64,000 bases of DNA, taken from assembly GCA_965602015.1 (NCBI GenBank), contig OZ271918.1:1664001-1728000 (forward strand), given 5' to 3'. The position numbers and the translations under genes are program-made. Source of the DNA: Salinispira sp. (GTDB lineage Bacteria > Spirochaetota > Spirochaetia > DSM-27196 > Salinispiraceae). Under the pieces are notes generated by a model. The model had not been told where the DNA came from. It saw nothing but the letters and a program-made list of their open reading frames with translations, and did not search any database. Positions within the stretch are counted from its first letter, which is position 1; every line of letters begins with the position of its first letter. Positions 1 through 10,022 of this stretch are shown here, piece by piece.

Positions 1-1
1 A

Positions 2-310
2 ATGATCAATCGAACCACGGTAAAGGTTAGCACTGGGGAACTCACGATTACACACGGTCCCGTCCCCTGGCCGTCACCGAAGCCCATTAGTCATCATCAG
101 GTCCGTCAGGTGTACGGGAAGGAGCGGGTCAGCCGATCGAGCCGAGGCGGCACCAGTGTTCGCTACGAACTTCGTACCCTGACGACAGACGGGCGTGATA
201 TCAAGTTGCTCAGCGGCTTGAATGACCGAGCGCAAGTTTTATTCCTGGAGCAGGAGATTGAACGCTACTGGAATATCAGCGATGAACGGGTCGGCGGCGA
301 AATGGTTTGA
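2..310 (+). CDS. hypothetical protein, probably the 3' part of a gene entering the window
   Basis: Open frame from the window edge; converges on the M23 gene. Confidence 0.55.
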   Translation: MINRTTVKVSTGELTITHGPVPWPSPKPISHHQVRQVYGKERVSRSSRGGTSVRYELRTLTTDGRDIKLLSGLNDRAQVLFLEQEIERYWNISDERVGGEMV

Positions 311-415
311 GCGAATACTGCGGGGACTCATCCACAGGCTCACGGCCAATTACGAAGCACGACGTGGGTCTGCGCGCCAACGTCAGAGACTTCCCCAAAG
401 CTCGCGGCCGAATAT

Positions 416-1942
416 TCACGCTTCCGTCCTTTCATCGGCTAACTCGAGCGCGGGTAGCTGATCAATGGGAATCCACAACAGCCGGCGTTCATCGTCCAAA
501 AGTCCCGCAGCCTGGCTGCGCGTTGCAACCAAGCGCCCGATTATGGAACCTGCCGGGAAGACAATTTCCTCGCCCCAACCTTGTTCGAGAACGGGTTTTG
601 CCTCCGCGGGAATGCGCTCACCATCGTAGCCAATGATGCTGGGACTTGAAAGGGTGGGATTACTTCCCGGCAGCCGCCGAAAAAGCGTGGTTACCTGAGA
701 GCTTCGCAACTGTGACCCGAACTCAAATCCGGCGACTTCATTTGCCGCCGGTGGTACATCTGATACCGGCACCGGGATAAAGAAATACCAGGGGTCGAGG
801 GGACGGCGCCAACTGCGGTCGTAGATTCCAATGTGGAGGTGGGGCGGGCCGCCTAAGGCATTACCGCTGTCCTCTACGGTGCCAAGCACCACCCGGTCAT
901 CGATGCGCTGGCCTTCGCGCAGCTCGCCATAGCTTTCCATATGGGCGTAATAGATCATAAGACCCCGCCATTCATCGCTGAGGCTGACGGTCCTTCCGCC
1001 CCGTTCCCTCTCCCCAACCCGTCGGACGAGGGATGGAGAGACTGACAGAATGTCGGTTCCCCGGGGAGCAATGATGTCTATTCCATGGTGCACCCGACGG
1101 CCCCCGTCGCGGTCCGCACCAAAAACGCTGATCACATCTTCGGGGCCGCTGTCCCTGACGGGCCAGCTCAGGCTGGCGTCTGCGGATACCCGGATGACGA
1201 AGCGCCCTCCCTCCAAAAGCCGCGGCTGAATTCTCAAAAGATAAAAACGTTGTTGACGGGGTTCAAAGCTCATCACCCCGCTGCCCTGCAGCGCCCTGGC
1301 GCTCCCGACGGATTGTGGGGATACATCTGGAATACCGGCCCCCGAGGACTGACCATCGCCGCCGGCAGTTCCCATGTCTTCAAGCCGCGACATGGTTTTT
1401 GCCGAGGCCACGGTGGTAAAGCGCAGCTGCCGCCATTCTCCATCCTGGGAATCCCGGGGATCCCAATCACCTTCAATGGCGAGGACGTCGGCAAAGTAAC
1501 CCGCGGTGGACTGGCTTTCGATTTCAATGGAGATTTCCTGCCCCCTGATGCCCTCAATAAGATACCAGGCTGCATCGGGCTGCTCGGCGGAAAAAACCCG
1601 AATCTCTTCAAACGGGGTCAGTGACAGGGAACGGGGATTCTCCCGGGGGTTTCCCGCAGACTCCCAAAGCCTCCCCATGCTGGATTCCAGCAGCCCCAAT
1701 TGTTCGAGAGCGTAGAGATACTCATCATGAGAGTTGTTGGGGAAAAACTCTTCGGGCACCCGTTCGGGGGAGCCGCAGGAAGTTACGCCAATTGCCAAAA
1801 GGGCAAGAGCCGCAACCCTGAGGGCACCGGTTCCAGGACCTTTCCCATCTTTATCGTTATATCTAAAAAAGGTATGCGTGGTTGATTTTTTCATTGAGAT
1901 AAAAATATCAATCTGTAATTCCGGCGGCAAGTTTTCTGTCAT
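416..1942 (-). CDS. M23 family metallopeptidase (lipoprotein-like)
   Basis: HHGIDI (HxxxD), YYAHM and PHLHIG (HxH) motifs; VTSC lipobox-like segment; true start may be downstream. Confidence 0.85.
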   Translation of the reverse strand: MTENLPPELQIDIFISMKKSTTHTFFRYNDKDGKGPGTGALRVAALALLAIGVTSCGSPERVPEEFFPNNSHDEYLYALEQLGLLESSMGRLWESAGNPRENPRSLSLTPFEEIRVFSAEQPDAAWYLIEGIRGQEISIEIESQSTAGYFADVLAIEGDWDPRDSQDGEWRQLRFTTVASAKTMSRLEDMGTAGGDGQSSGAGIPDVSPQSVGSARALQGSGVMSFEPRQQRFYLLRIQPRLLEGGRFVIRVSADASLSWPVRDSGPEDVISVFGADRDGGRRVHHGIDIIAPRGTDILSVSPSLVRRVGERERGGRTVSLSDEWRGLMIYYAHMESYGELREGQRIDDRVVLGTVEDSGNALGGPPHLHIGIYDRSWRRPLDPWYFFIPVPVSDVPPAANEVAGFEFGSQLRSSQVTTLFRRLPGSNPTLSSPSIIGYDGERIPAEAKPVLEQGWGEEIVFPAGSIIGRLVATRSQAAGLLDDERRLLWIPIDQLPALELADERTEA

Positions 1943-1978
1943 CGACCCAGCCTAAAGCGAGGACAGTCTTAGTCCGGA

Positions 1979-2404
1979 TCAGTCCGGATCCGCCGATCCC
2001 CGAAGCCGCTTAATATGGCCCCTGCGCTTCTTTTGTGTTAGCCGGCGTTCCACCGCTGACCGTCCGGGTTTGGTGGATATCCGACGGGCGGGCCGATATA
2101 GTGCACGGGCGACGAATTCCCGAAGTCGATTCTCCGCCTCACGACGATTGGCTCTTTGGCTGCGGTGACCGTGGGATTTTATAACTAGAACTCCCCGGTT
2201 GTTTATGCGCTGATCGCCGCATTCAAGCAGACGACTGCGGATCTCCGGCGGCAAACTGGAAGATGGGATGTCGAAGCGAAGACATATGGCGGTCGAAACC
2301 TTGTTAACGTTTTGACCGCCCTTGCCCGGCGAACGGATAGCCGTATACTCCAGCTCATCCTCACCAATTTCCAGGTCACGGTAAATATGTATCACCATGT
2401 TCAT
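1979..2404 (-). CDS. arfB: alternative ribosome rescue peptidyl-tRNA hydrolase ArfB
   Basis: GKGGQNVNKV motif and basic C-terminal tail. Confidence 0.92.
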   Translation of the reverse strand: MNMVIHIYRDLEIGEDELEYTAIRSPGKGGQNVNKVSTAICLRFDIPSSSLPPEIRSRLLECGDQRINNRGVLVIKSHGHRSQRANRREAENRLREFVARALYRPARRISTKPGRSAVERRLTQKKRRGHIKRLRGSADPD

Positions 2405-2419
2405 ACCAGACTACGCGGA

Positions 2420-5011
2420 TTAGTCCTCCTCGGACAACAATAGAAAGCCCTGCACAGCCTGTCCGGTTGTCCTCACTTCTCCAAAGTACGAACCGTCTTG
2501 GCCGTAAATCACGATGACATTTCCCTGCAGAGTATCGAGATACAGCTCTTCATCTTCACCCAGACGGTAAACCGGTACGGGATTTCCCGTGGCATTTATA
2601 AAAAACAGTTCAGCGCTTTGTCCGGAATCATTATAAAAATACAGCCTAACCTCCCGGTTGTTTTCCTGAGAAAAGAAATTCCGGGGGTACTGAGCGAAAA
2701 TCTGGGTGGAATAACCTTCAAATCTGGTTCGGGGACCGCGGAGTTGTCGGGGCTCGTCGGCATCATCGAACAGTTCTGTCAGGCGAATATCCGGGCGGGA
2801 AATAAAATCATCAGTGTCGAGGTCGTCGTTGTCATCCTCGTCGTCGGCTCTGTCGTCGTCATCACCGTCGTCACCGTCCCGGTTGTCATCCTCGGCCTCA
2901 TCGTCGTCATCATCGCCGTCGTCGTCGTCATCGTCCCGGTTATCATCATCGGCGTCACCTCCGACCGGTGCCGCCCGACCGGGATTGGTTCCCGATGAAT
3001 CGTCGGTACCGGCCCTCCCGCCCCGGGCATCAGAATCCGGATCAACTGCAGAGCTTCCCGGCCCGTTTCCCGGCTGAGCAGGACTCAGGGGCCGAGGCCT
3101 GGTTTCTCCGGGCGCCTGCACCCCATCATCGCCGGCGGCCCTGCCCATAGGGGGACGAAGAACCACAACAGCAGGTTTATCCGCCCGATCCTCGCCTGCC
3201 TCGTCCTGAGTGCCTTCGGTACCCGCTATGGGCCGTTCTTCAGAAGAAGATTCCCCGCCTTTGGTGGGCTGATCCTCATTCGCGGCATCACCGGAATCCT
3301 GGGTCGAATCGCCGGGGTTCTGTATTTCAGCTTCGGCTGGCACGACGGCCCCGGCAAGGATCAGGATTTCCCTCACTTGAGCACTTCGCGGGTTTGAGCC
3401 CGCCAGCTGATACGGCGTGCGTCCTTGACGGTTTGGCAGGTTGGGGTCGGCTCCCGCGATTAACAGGGCGCGCACTGATTCAGGATCTCCGCTGATAACC
3501 GCAAAATGGATTACCGAGTTACCCTGGCGGTCCGCCGCAAATACATTCGCCCCATTTTGGAGCAGGATTCGAACTATTTCATTGGACTGCCGTTCTACGG
3601 CATACATCAAGGCTGTCTTCCCAACATCATCACCGATATCTATACGGGGCTGATAATCGAGCACCACATTGACCATGTTCACCCGTTGGCCGATTACTGC
3701 CCGGATCAGCGGACTGGCCCCCTCGTCATCCTGGTAATCGACATCAAATCCGCTGCCGAAGATGATGTCGGCGACTTCCTCATTTCCCCTGAACAGGCTT
3801 CGCGCGAGAATCGGAGCGAGCATCTCTTCCGATGTGCTCAGCGCAGCGCCCTGATCCCGCATGATCCGAGCCTGCGCCGTTAGCCCTGCGGCCTGATCTG
3901 CCGATTGACCCAGGGCAAGGGTAAACGGAGTCATTCCCATGTCGTCAAAACGATTTACTTGTGCACCGCCTTCCAGCAGCAGGGAAAACACGGCGGTAGA
4001 GGGTTGGATTGCGGCGATAAAAATCGGAGTCTGGCGATTGCCATCGGGAATATTTGGATTGGCCCCTGATTGAAGAAGAACCTCAGTTATGCCAGGATCA
4101 TCCCGGCGAACAGCTATGTGCAGCAAACTCCCCTCATTGCCGAGCTGAGGTTCCAGCGCTGCCCCATATTCAATAAGGATTTCCACCCGTTGGCTGTCGA
4201 GCCTTTCCACCGCCTCGACAATCGGCAGCCTGCCGCCACGACCGGGTTCATTTGGATCGGCACCGTTGACCAAAAGAGTCTCCAGTGTTCGTCGCCCATC
4301 CTGAGGCGAAACATCGGGATTCAAACTAAGAAAGAGGGCGCGGTTTCCCTGATTGTCCTCAATACCAATAATTTCAGGACCATCATTATCAATATACAGT
4401 TCCACCAGTTCATAGGCCCCTGCACGGGCGGCGATGTGGAGGGCGCTGTAGCCATTGGTGGTTTCCCGGGCCGACGGGTCGCTCCCGACCAGCATCAACC
4501 TCGCGGCGATGCTGCTCTGGCTGTTGGAAGTCAAGAGATGAAGCAGCGTGCGTCCCCGGCCATCCCGGTGACGGGGGTTTACCCCTGAAGAGAGGAGAAA
4601 CTGCAGCACTTCGAAACGACCGCTTCCCACCGCATAAAAAAGTGAGTTTCGAGAAGCGTTATCGAGGAGATTCACATCGGCCCCTCTGGCGGCCAGGGCT
4701 TCTACCATGTCGAGACGGCCCTTCCCCGCCGCCAAAAGAAGAGGGCTGGCCCCTTGACGGTCCCGCGGATCGGGCTGGGCTCCGCTGTCGAGAAGAAAGA
4801 GGAGGCTTTGAAGCTGATCAAACTCAACCGCAATATGAAGCAGAGCCTGACCGTTGTTTTGGACTGCATTTGGATCACCGCCGTCCCGGATGTACTCCTG
4901 GAGATCCTCGAGGTTTCCCTGTCTCACAGCCCTGACCTCTGCGCTGGCACAGGATGTAATAAACAAGGCGATGAGCGCTACTATTGAAATCGAAAATAAT
5001 CCCTTCTTCAT
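2420..5011 (-). CDS. ankyrin-repeat lipoprotein with Asp-rich linker and C-terminal VHL-beta-like domain
   Basis: FITSC lipobox; many GxTPL/ALH..A..G ankyrin repeats; poly-Asp tract. Confidence 0.85.
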   Translation of the reverse strand: MKKGLFSISIVALIALFITSCASAEVRAVRQGNLEDLQEYIRDGGDPNAVQNNGQALLHIAVEFDQLQSLLFLLDSGAQPDPRDRQGASPLLLAAGKGRLDMVEALAARGADVNLLDNASRNSLFYAVGSGRFEVLQFLLSSGVNPRHRDGRGRTLLHLLTSNSQSSIAARLMLVGSDPSARETTNGYSALHIAARAGAYELVELYIDNDGPEIIGIEDNQGNRALFLSLNPDVSPQDGRRTLETLLVNGADPNEPGRGGRLPIVEAVERLDSQRVEILIEYGAALEPQLGNEGSLLHIAVRRDDPGITEVLLQSGANPNIPDGNRQTPIFIAAIQPSTAVFSLLLEGGAQVNRFDDMGMTPFTLALGQSADQAAGLTAQARIMRDQGAALSTSEEMLAPILARSLFRGNEEVADIIFGSGFDVDYQDDEGASPLIRAVIGQRVNMVNVVLDYQPRIDIGDDVGKTALMYAVERQSNEIVRILLQNGANVFAADRQGNSVIHFAVISGDPESVRALLIAGADPNLPNRQGRTPYQLAGSNPRSAQVREILILAGAVVPAEAEIQNPGDSTQDSGDAANEDQPTKGGESSSEERPIAGTEGTQDEAGEDRADKPAVVVLRPPMGRAAGDDGVQAPGETRPRPLSPAQPGNGPGSSAVDPDSDARGGRAGTDDSSGTNPGRAAPVGGDADDDNRDDDDDDGDDDDDEAEDDNRDGDDGDDDDRADDEDDNDDLDTDDFISRPDIRLTELFDDADEPRQLRGPRTRFEGYSTQIFAQYPRNFFSQENNREVRLYFYNDSGQSAELFFINATGNPVPVYRLGEDEELYLDTLQGNVIVIYGQDGSYFGEVRTTGQAVQGFLLLSEED

Positions 5012-5204
5012 ACCTGAACTCCTATCCTTATCAGTTTAATGGATTTTCCGGAGACCGACATCAATGGATACATCTCATCCCGAAGGGCGTTACACTGTGC
5101 CGGGGTTTTTTCTATCCCCTGGCGTCCAATCTGTAACCGGCGAGTGCACGAGTCAATCAATACAAGCGGCGGGGGACATCATTTGTGATTTTTGTTAGCG
5201 GGAT

Positions 5205-5675
5205 TTATTTCCTTGAAACGCTGCGGGGCTTTAGATGACTTCTGAGATCACTGACAAGATCTTCAGGCTTTTGACCGTATAACTCCGGCAGGAATGCATC
5301 CGGGATGCGTTCCCCAGGATTGGACTCCCGGGTGTGCGAAGCAGAAGCTGTGCTATCGGAATAGAACCAGCCGATGCGCTGTGTCCTTCCGTCCCGCATG
5401 GTTACGGAGGTAAAGCGCGATACCTTACTCCATGGGACTTCGTAGGTCTTGAAATACACCCGGTAACGAAAAGCGTTCTCGTCAATCTCAAGAAAAGCGC
5501 TGCCGGGTATGAGCTGGATAACAAACATAACCCCTCCAAGCGAGCCGGATATAATTCCAAGCCAGCCCAGAACGGGCTGCTCTGCCCGTATGGTGATTCC
5601 CGCCGAAATGAAGCCAATCATTGCGAGAAACAGCAGCGCGCTGCGGGTTTTTGACGGATGGTATTGTGCTTTCAC
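5205..5675 (-). CDS. two-TM membrane protein with PH-like domain (STM3941-like)
   Basis: Two N-terminal hydrophobic helices followed by LEIDE..VPWSKV pattern. Confidence 0.6.
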   Translation of the reverse strand: MKAQYHPSKTRSALLFLAMIGFISAGITIRAEQPVLGWLGIISGSLGGVMFVIQLIPGSAFLEIDENAFRYRVYFKTYEVPWSKVSRFTSVTMRDGRTQRIGWFYSDSTASASHTRESNPGERIPDAFLPELYGQKPEDLVSDLRSHLKPRSVSRK

Positions 5676-5740
5676 CTTCTGAATCCTCTCTATCGATTGA
5701 TGGGAGTGACAGCCTGGCTAATCCATTTCCTGCACTGTTG

Positions 5741-6613
5741 TTATTCTACCATGCTTTCCTGAATTTGCCTGGAAATTACCGCCTTTACGCCCATGAGGTT
5801 TCTCTCAAACTCCGTGTCAAAATGATTTGTCAATTCGACGGTGATGTTACGGTGTCCGATTGAGTAAAACCAGTCATCAGAGCTGCCGGTGATATCGAAT
5901 CTCCGGGGTTCTTCGGGATCACGAATCCGGGGCGCAGCGAGCCGGTAGCCGCTGGCCTCGGCATAAACGCCGGCCAGTTCTCCAGCAGGCTCCCATCCAT
6001 ACTCGGCGCCGCTGTACCACAAAAAAGCTCCGGCACTCTGGAAAAAGATGCTTCCTTCGGGTTCAATGCGGGTAAAATAATCCCTCACCGCCCTGGTTTC
6101 CGGTTCACTGAACGGCCCGGTGCCGGTATTTACTTCCCTGGTACCCCAGTAGCTGACGGTTTTCCAATCGGCATCCCAGTTACGGTTCAGATCAACACCG
6201 TTGGCGTTGAATCGGCCGGGTACCCTCTCTACATCCATAAAAGGAAAACTCGACGGATCGGCGTCTCCAGCTATGAGGTAGAGCCCATCGGGATTCATCA
6301 GGTCGATTACATGGAGGGTTACAGAAGATCCAAGTTCTAATGGACGCATCCGGAAATAGTCCGCAACTTCCCGGGCGAGCACCACCGAGTTCGCTTCATA
6401 GCCCCCGTGGATTCCCCCCACTATGAGTAAGTCGATGGGACCGTTGCCGATACGCTCCACCGAAATTTCCCTCCCCTGGACTGAGTAGCCGATAATTTCA
6501 CGTTGAGTTATGCCACCCCATGACTCGGCATAGGCCGATGCGGTTAAAACCACTAGCAGAACCAGCATCGCCAGGGCTACACGCGATAATGTGTTTTTCG
6601 CAAAAGAAATCAT
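5741..6613 (-). CDS. M14 zinc carboxypeptidase family, secreted
   Basis: GYSVQGR, GGIHGGYE, RFNANGVDLNRNW, PFSEPET motifs; signal peptide. Confidence 0.9.
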   Translation of the reverse strand: MISFAKNTLSRVALAMLVLLVVLTASAYAESWGGITQREIIGYSVQGREISVERIGNGPIDLLIVGGIHGGYEANSVVLAREVADYFRMRPLELGSSVTLHVIDLMNPDGLYLIAGDADPSSFPFMDVERVPGRFNANGVDLNRNWDADWKTVSYWGTREVNTGTGPFSEPETRAVRDYFTRIEPEGSIFFQSAGAFLWYSGAEYGWEPAGELAGVYAEASGYRLAAPRIRDPEEPRRFDITGSSDDWFYSIGHRNITVELTNHFDTEFERNLMGVKAVISRQIQESMVE

Positions 6614-6680
6614 GGAGTAAAAGCTAATACCTTACCTGCGCAGAGCAAAGACCGATTTTTCTGTCTGTAAAAACCCTGTA

Positions 6681-7493
6681 TTACCGAACAAGTCTGGGAA
6701 CAACGATGGCGGAAAACTCAGCCTTAATAAAGCGCTCGGTGAAATCAAAAGGACGCGCCATAAACTCGCCGGCATATCGGTGCTCATTCCAGGAGAGCTG
6801 CCACTGGAGTTTGTATACATCCGACAAATGCAGTATTCCATCAGCATAGGCCTGCTGGGAATACTGGGCGGATTGCCCGAAATTCAGGCTCCAGCCCGTG
6901 GCATAGTGAATGCCGAAGCCAAAAAGAACCGTGCGATCACGGAAATGACTGTAGCTCAGTCCTGGACGGGTATAGAGGGACAAATGACCGTTGTACGTAT
7001 TAAAAACTAGCCGACTTTTAAACATAGCCACCCAGTCGCGTCCCGGCAAAAAATCCAGAAGGAATCGGGGGCTTAAATCAGCGATTAGCAAATGCTCGGC
7101 GCGGGCGGAGCTGTCTGCCCATACCCAGTGGTCGTCAGCGTTGAGGATCCAGTCTTCGTCATGCCGGCCACCGATCTGCAGTCGATAAAAGCCGCCGATC
7201 TTGAGATTGGGATGAAGACGATAATAGGCCCCGGCTGTTAATGCGCCATAGCCCAAAAATGCGCTATTTCCGGGAAATTCGCCCCGCAGCTCAAGGTAGG
7301 GATCAAGCTGCCCCCCATCGGCAAGCAAAAGGGTACGAACGCCAAAGCGAAACTCAATGCCGTCAGCCGGGGATTCACCGGTTCCCCCTTCGCTGGCAAA
7401 CAGCGGCATGACTGAGCATGCTACCAGGATTACAACACATAAGGTAAATTTGCGCTTCATATCAATCATAATCAAAGTCCAAAGGATCATCAT
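6681..7493 (-). CDS. secreted putative outer-membrane beta-barrel protein
   Basis: Signal peptide and aromatic amphipathic strands; coupled to the FecR-domain gene. Confidence 0.55.
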   Translation of the reverse strand: MMILWTLIMIDMKRKFTLCVVILVACSVMPLFASEGGTGESPADGIEFRFGVRTLLLADGGQLDPYLELRGEFPGNSAFLGYGALTAGAYYRLHPNLKIGGFYRLQIGGRHDEDWILNADDHWVWADSSARAEHLLIADLSPRFLLDFLPGRDWVAMFKSRLVFNTYNGHLSLYTRPGLSYSHFRDRTVLFGFGIHYATGWSLNFGQSAQYSQQAYADGILHLSDVYKLQWQLSWNEHRYAGEFMARPFDFTERFIKAEFSAIVVPRLVR

Positions 7494-8130
7494 ACAGGCT
7501 GTTCAAATCAGTATTGTCCCTGATATCGCCGAGCTCGGGGTCCATATTCCAGTTGAGATTTTCAGTCCAGGCAAAGAACTGGGGCGGTGTTATATCCCGG
7601 CCGGAGAGAATGTTTATCCCCTCACCTTCGCCTACCTCCACCGATTCACCGGTATCAAGCCGGACTTCTACAAGACCTTCATTTACGCACAACCAGACAT
7701 CCGGCTGGTCCTCGATGGTTTTCCCGAATGCCGTGAAAAACTCAGTTCCCCTCACTCCTGCCAGGGCGCTGCCGGCACGCACATTGAAGCTGCCCCCTCG
7801 CAGACGGTCCAGCCGGGAGAACAAGGATCCGCTGCGTAACTCTACGGTCATATTCAGATCCAAATCTTCAAGGCGTAATTCGGTGTTCGGCTGCAATTTC
7901 AAAACACCGCGATCCCCCAACGCAATAACCGCAACCCCGTTGCTTCCGGTTATTATCCTGTCTTCCGCCGCCAGAAGATCGCCGATAAAGGCTTCGATGT
8001 TTTGCCCATTCCGGAGAACCGATACTTCCCCGTCAATAAACTCGAATAAGGCCTGCTGACCTGCCGGCTGAGCCGTCAGTGCTGCTGTAAGAAGTGTTAC
8101 GGCCAAAAGTAGCCACCCTGCTCTTTTCAT
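7462..8130 (-). CDS. FecR-domain protein
   Basis: DRIITGSNG..LKLQPNTEL..AGVRGTEF..VNEGLVEV pattern; signal peptide. Confidence 0.85.
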   Translation of the reverse strand: MKRAGWLLLAVTLLTAALTAQPAGQQALFEFIDGEVSVLRNGQNIEAFIGDLLAAEDRIITGSNGVAVIALGDRGVLKLQPNTELRLEDLDLNMTVELRSGSLFSRLDRLRGGSFNVRAGSALAGVRGTEFFTAFGKTIEDQPDVWLCVNEGLVEVRLDTGESVEVGEGEGINILSGRDITPPQFFAWTENLNWNMDPELGDIRDNTDLNSLYDDPLDFDYD

Positions 8131-8270
8131 TACTGCTGTCTCCTAATCTCGAATCGCGTTCAACAAAGCTGAATATAACACTCATATATTTTCTTGCAAG
8201 TGCACATAGATTTTTTTTTTGATTTCTTGCTTGTATGGCGGAACACTTTATCTAATGGCGGTGGATGAAG

Positions 8271-9071
8271 TCATGGAATAGATATCGTACCCTGTAGATA
8301 CAAAACAGCCTCCCCGCGGATGATCACCCGGCGGGCTTCAGGCCGGTAGTCGCACAACAGCTCTCCGCCCCGTGCGGACGCCTGATACCCATGTATTCGG
8401 TTTTTGCCGCGCTGCTCTGCCCAGTACGGCACCAGTGCGGAGTGAATTGAGCCGGTAACCGGATCTTCCGGGATCCCGGCGCCGGGAGCAAAATAGCGGG
8501 AAACGCAGTCGTATTGCCGGTCCGGGCCGCTGACTGCAAAACCGTAATTCGGCCATTGTTCTAAAAAAGACAAGTTCGGCATGAGCTTTCTCACTTCATC
8601 GGAACTGCGGTATATCAGGTGATAGTTAGGATCTTCACGAGTGCGAAAGACTTTGTCAGGTGAAATATCGAATGCGTCGAGCATTCTGCCCGGAACTTCA
8701 ATTTCTTCTAGCGCATAGGCCGGGAAATCCATTGCGAGCCATTTTCCATCCCGGCGGACGCTCAGAGGCCCCGCTTGGGACGTAAAGCGGATTTCATCCT
8801 TATCCACCCCCAATATCGAGAATAGCACAAAGGATGCAGCCAGGGTGGCATGACCACAGAGGGGCGCTTCCATTCGGGGAGTAAACCAGCGAATGGAGTA
8901 TTCTTCACCCCGTAGGACAACGAACGCTGTCTCGGCCAGGTTATTCTCGGCGGCTATCGCCTGGAGCGTGGTGTCCGGCAGCCATTGCTCCAATGGACAC
9001 ACGGCAGCGGGATTTCCCTCGAAAACTCTCTTTGCAAAGGCGTCGACCTGGTACATTATTATGTTCGACAT
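8271..9071 (-). CDS. PhzF family isomerase
   Basis: QVDAF..GNPAAV, ETAF, LCGHATLA, EDPVTGS motifs. Confidence 0.92.
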   Translation of the reverse strand: MSNIIMYQVDAFAKRVFEGNPAAVCPLEQWLPDTTLQAIAAENNLAETAFVVLRGEEYSIRWFTPRMEAPLCGHATLAASFVLFSILGVDKDEIRFTSQAGPLSVRRDGKWLAMDFPAYALEEIEVPGRMLDAFDISPDKVFRTREDPNYHLIYRSSDEVRKLMPNLSFLEQWPNYGFAVSGPDRQYDCVSRYFAPGAGIPEDPVTGSIHSALVPYWAEQRGKNRIHGYQASARGGELLCDYRPEARRVIIRGEAVLYLQGTISIP

Positions 9072-9160
9072 TGCTCATGGCTCCTTTCCCGGCCAGAATC
9101 CCATCCGGGAGGAATGTGCGCGATATTATCCCGGTCCTCTACCCAAGCGCGAACTAAAAA

Positions 9161-10005
9161 TCAAATGGTCAGTTCCATGCCTTCCCGGACCGGAAAAATT
9201 TGCGTTTTGGTGGATTTTCTCTGGCCGTAGGCCTCTGCGGCCTGGGCGAGCTTGTCAATCTGGTCATCGGTTCTATCGGGATCGTGATGGAAGAGGCCGA
9301 GTTTCTTTACTCCTGCGGTATGGGCAATATCAACCGCGCTGAGAACGGAGCTGTGCCCCAGCCCTTTCTCTGCCGGAACTCCTCCGGCGTGTACTGGGCA
9401 TCGTGAAAAAGCAGATCGGCATTTTTAAAGTGTTGTATATACTCGTAGTAGCTTTCTCCCTGTGGATACTCCGCGCCTTCAAGTTCATTGTCTGGCATGT
9501 AAATAAAAGTTTTGCCCCCATCGCGGATCTTGACCCCAAAACCTCCGTTCGGATGGTTCAGGGGAATCGGATGCAATTCGGCCTTCCCTACGGGCTTCAT
9601 GAGAGGAACACCTCTGGTAAAATCGAGCTCTGCTTTTACCCGTCTTTGTGTGCTGGGAAAGAACGGGGCTTTAAGAGAACTCAGAAGGTAGTCCTGCACC
9701 GTTTCTTTTGCAATTGGTCCTCCGCGAAAATGAATGCGGAAACCCTCGGAAAAGATGGGGAGGAAAAACGGCAGTCCTGAAATATGATCCCAGTGGCTGT
9801 GGGTAAGGAAAATATAAAAATCCCTGGGACTGCGGTCAGCCGATATTCGCTTTCCCAACAGGCGGATTCCCGTGCCCCCGTCGAGGATGACCTGATTGCC
9901 GTCGCTGAGTTCCACCTGAACGCACGAGGTATTGCCCCCGAATCGCACGCTGCCCTGTCCAGGCACGGGCACCGACCCCCGGCACCCCCACACCGTTATT
10001 TTCAT
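9161..10005 (-). pseudogene. MBL-fold metallo-hydrolase, frameshifted
   Basis: WGCRGS, GGNTSC, THSHWDH, HDAQY; the GWG|HSS..LFHHDPDRTDD C-terminus continues in another frame after the C4 run at 9356-9359. Confidence 0.8.
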
Positions 10006-10022
10006 TTTTCCTCCCGATTACA

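Noticed and set aside
1971..1990. AGTCCGGATC tandem duplication at the arfB stop
   Set aside because: Two copies of 10 bp only; no evidence of function.
2498..3077. Ser-, Val- and Thr-rich ORFs
   Set aside because: Alternative-frame shadows of the poly-Asp tract.
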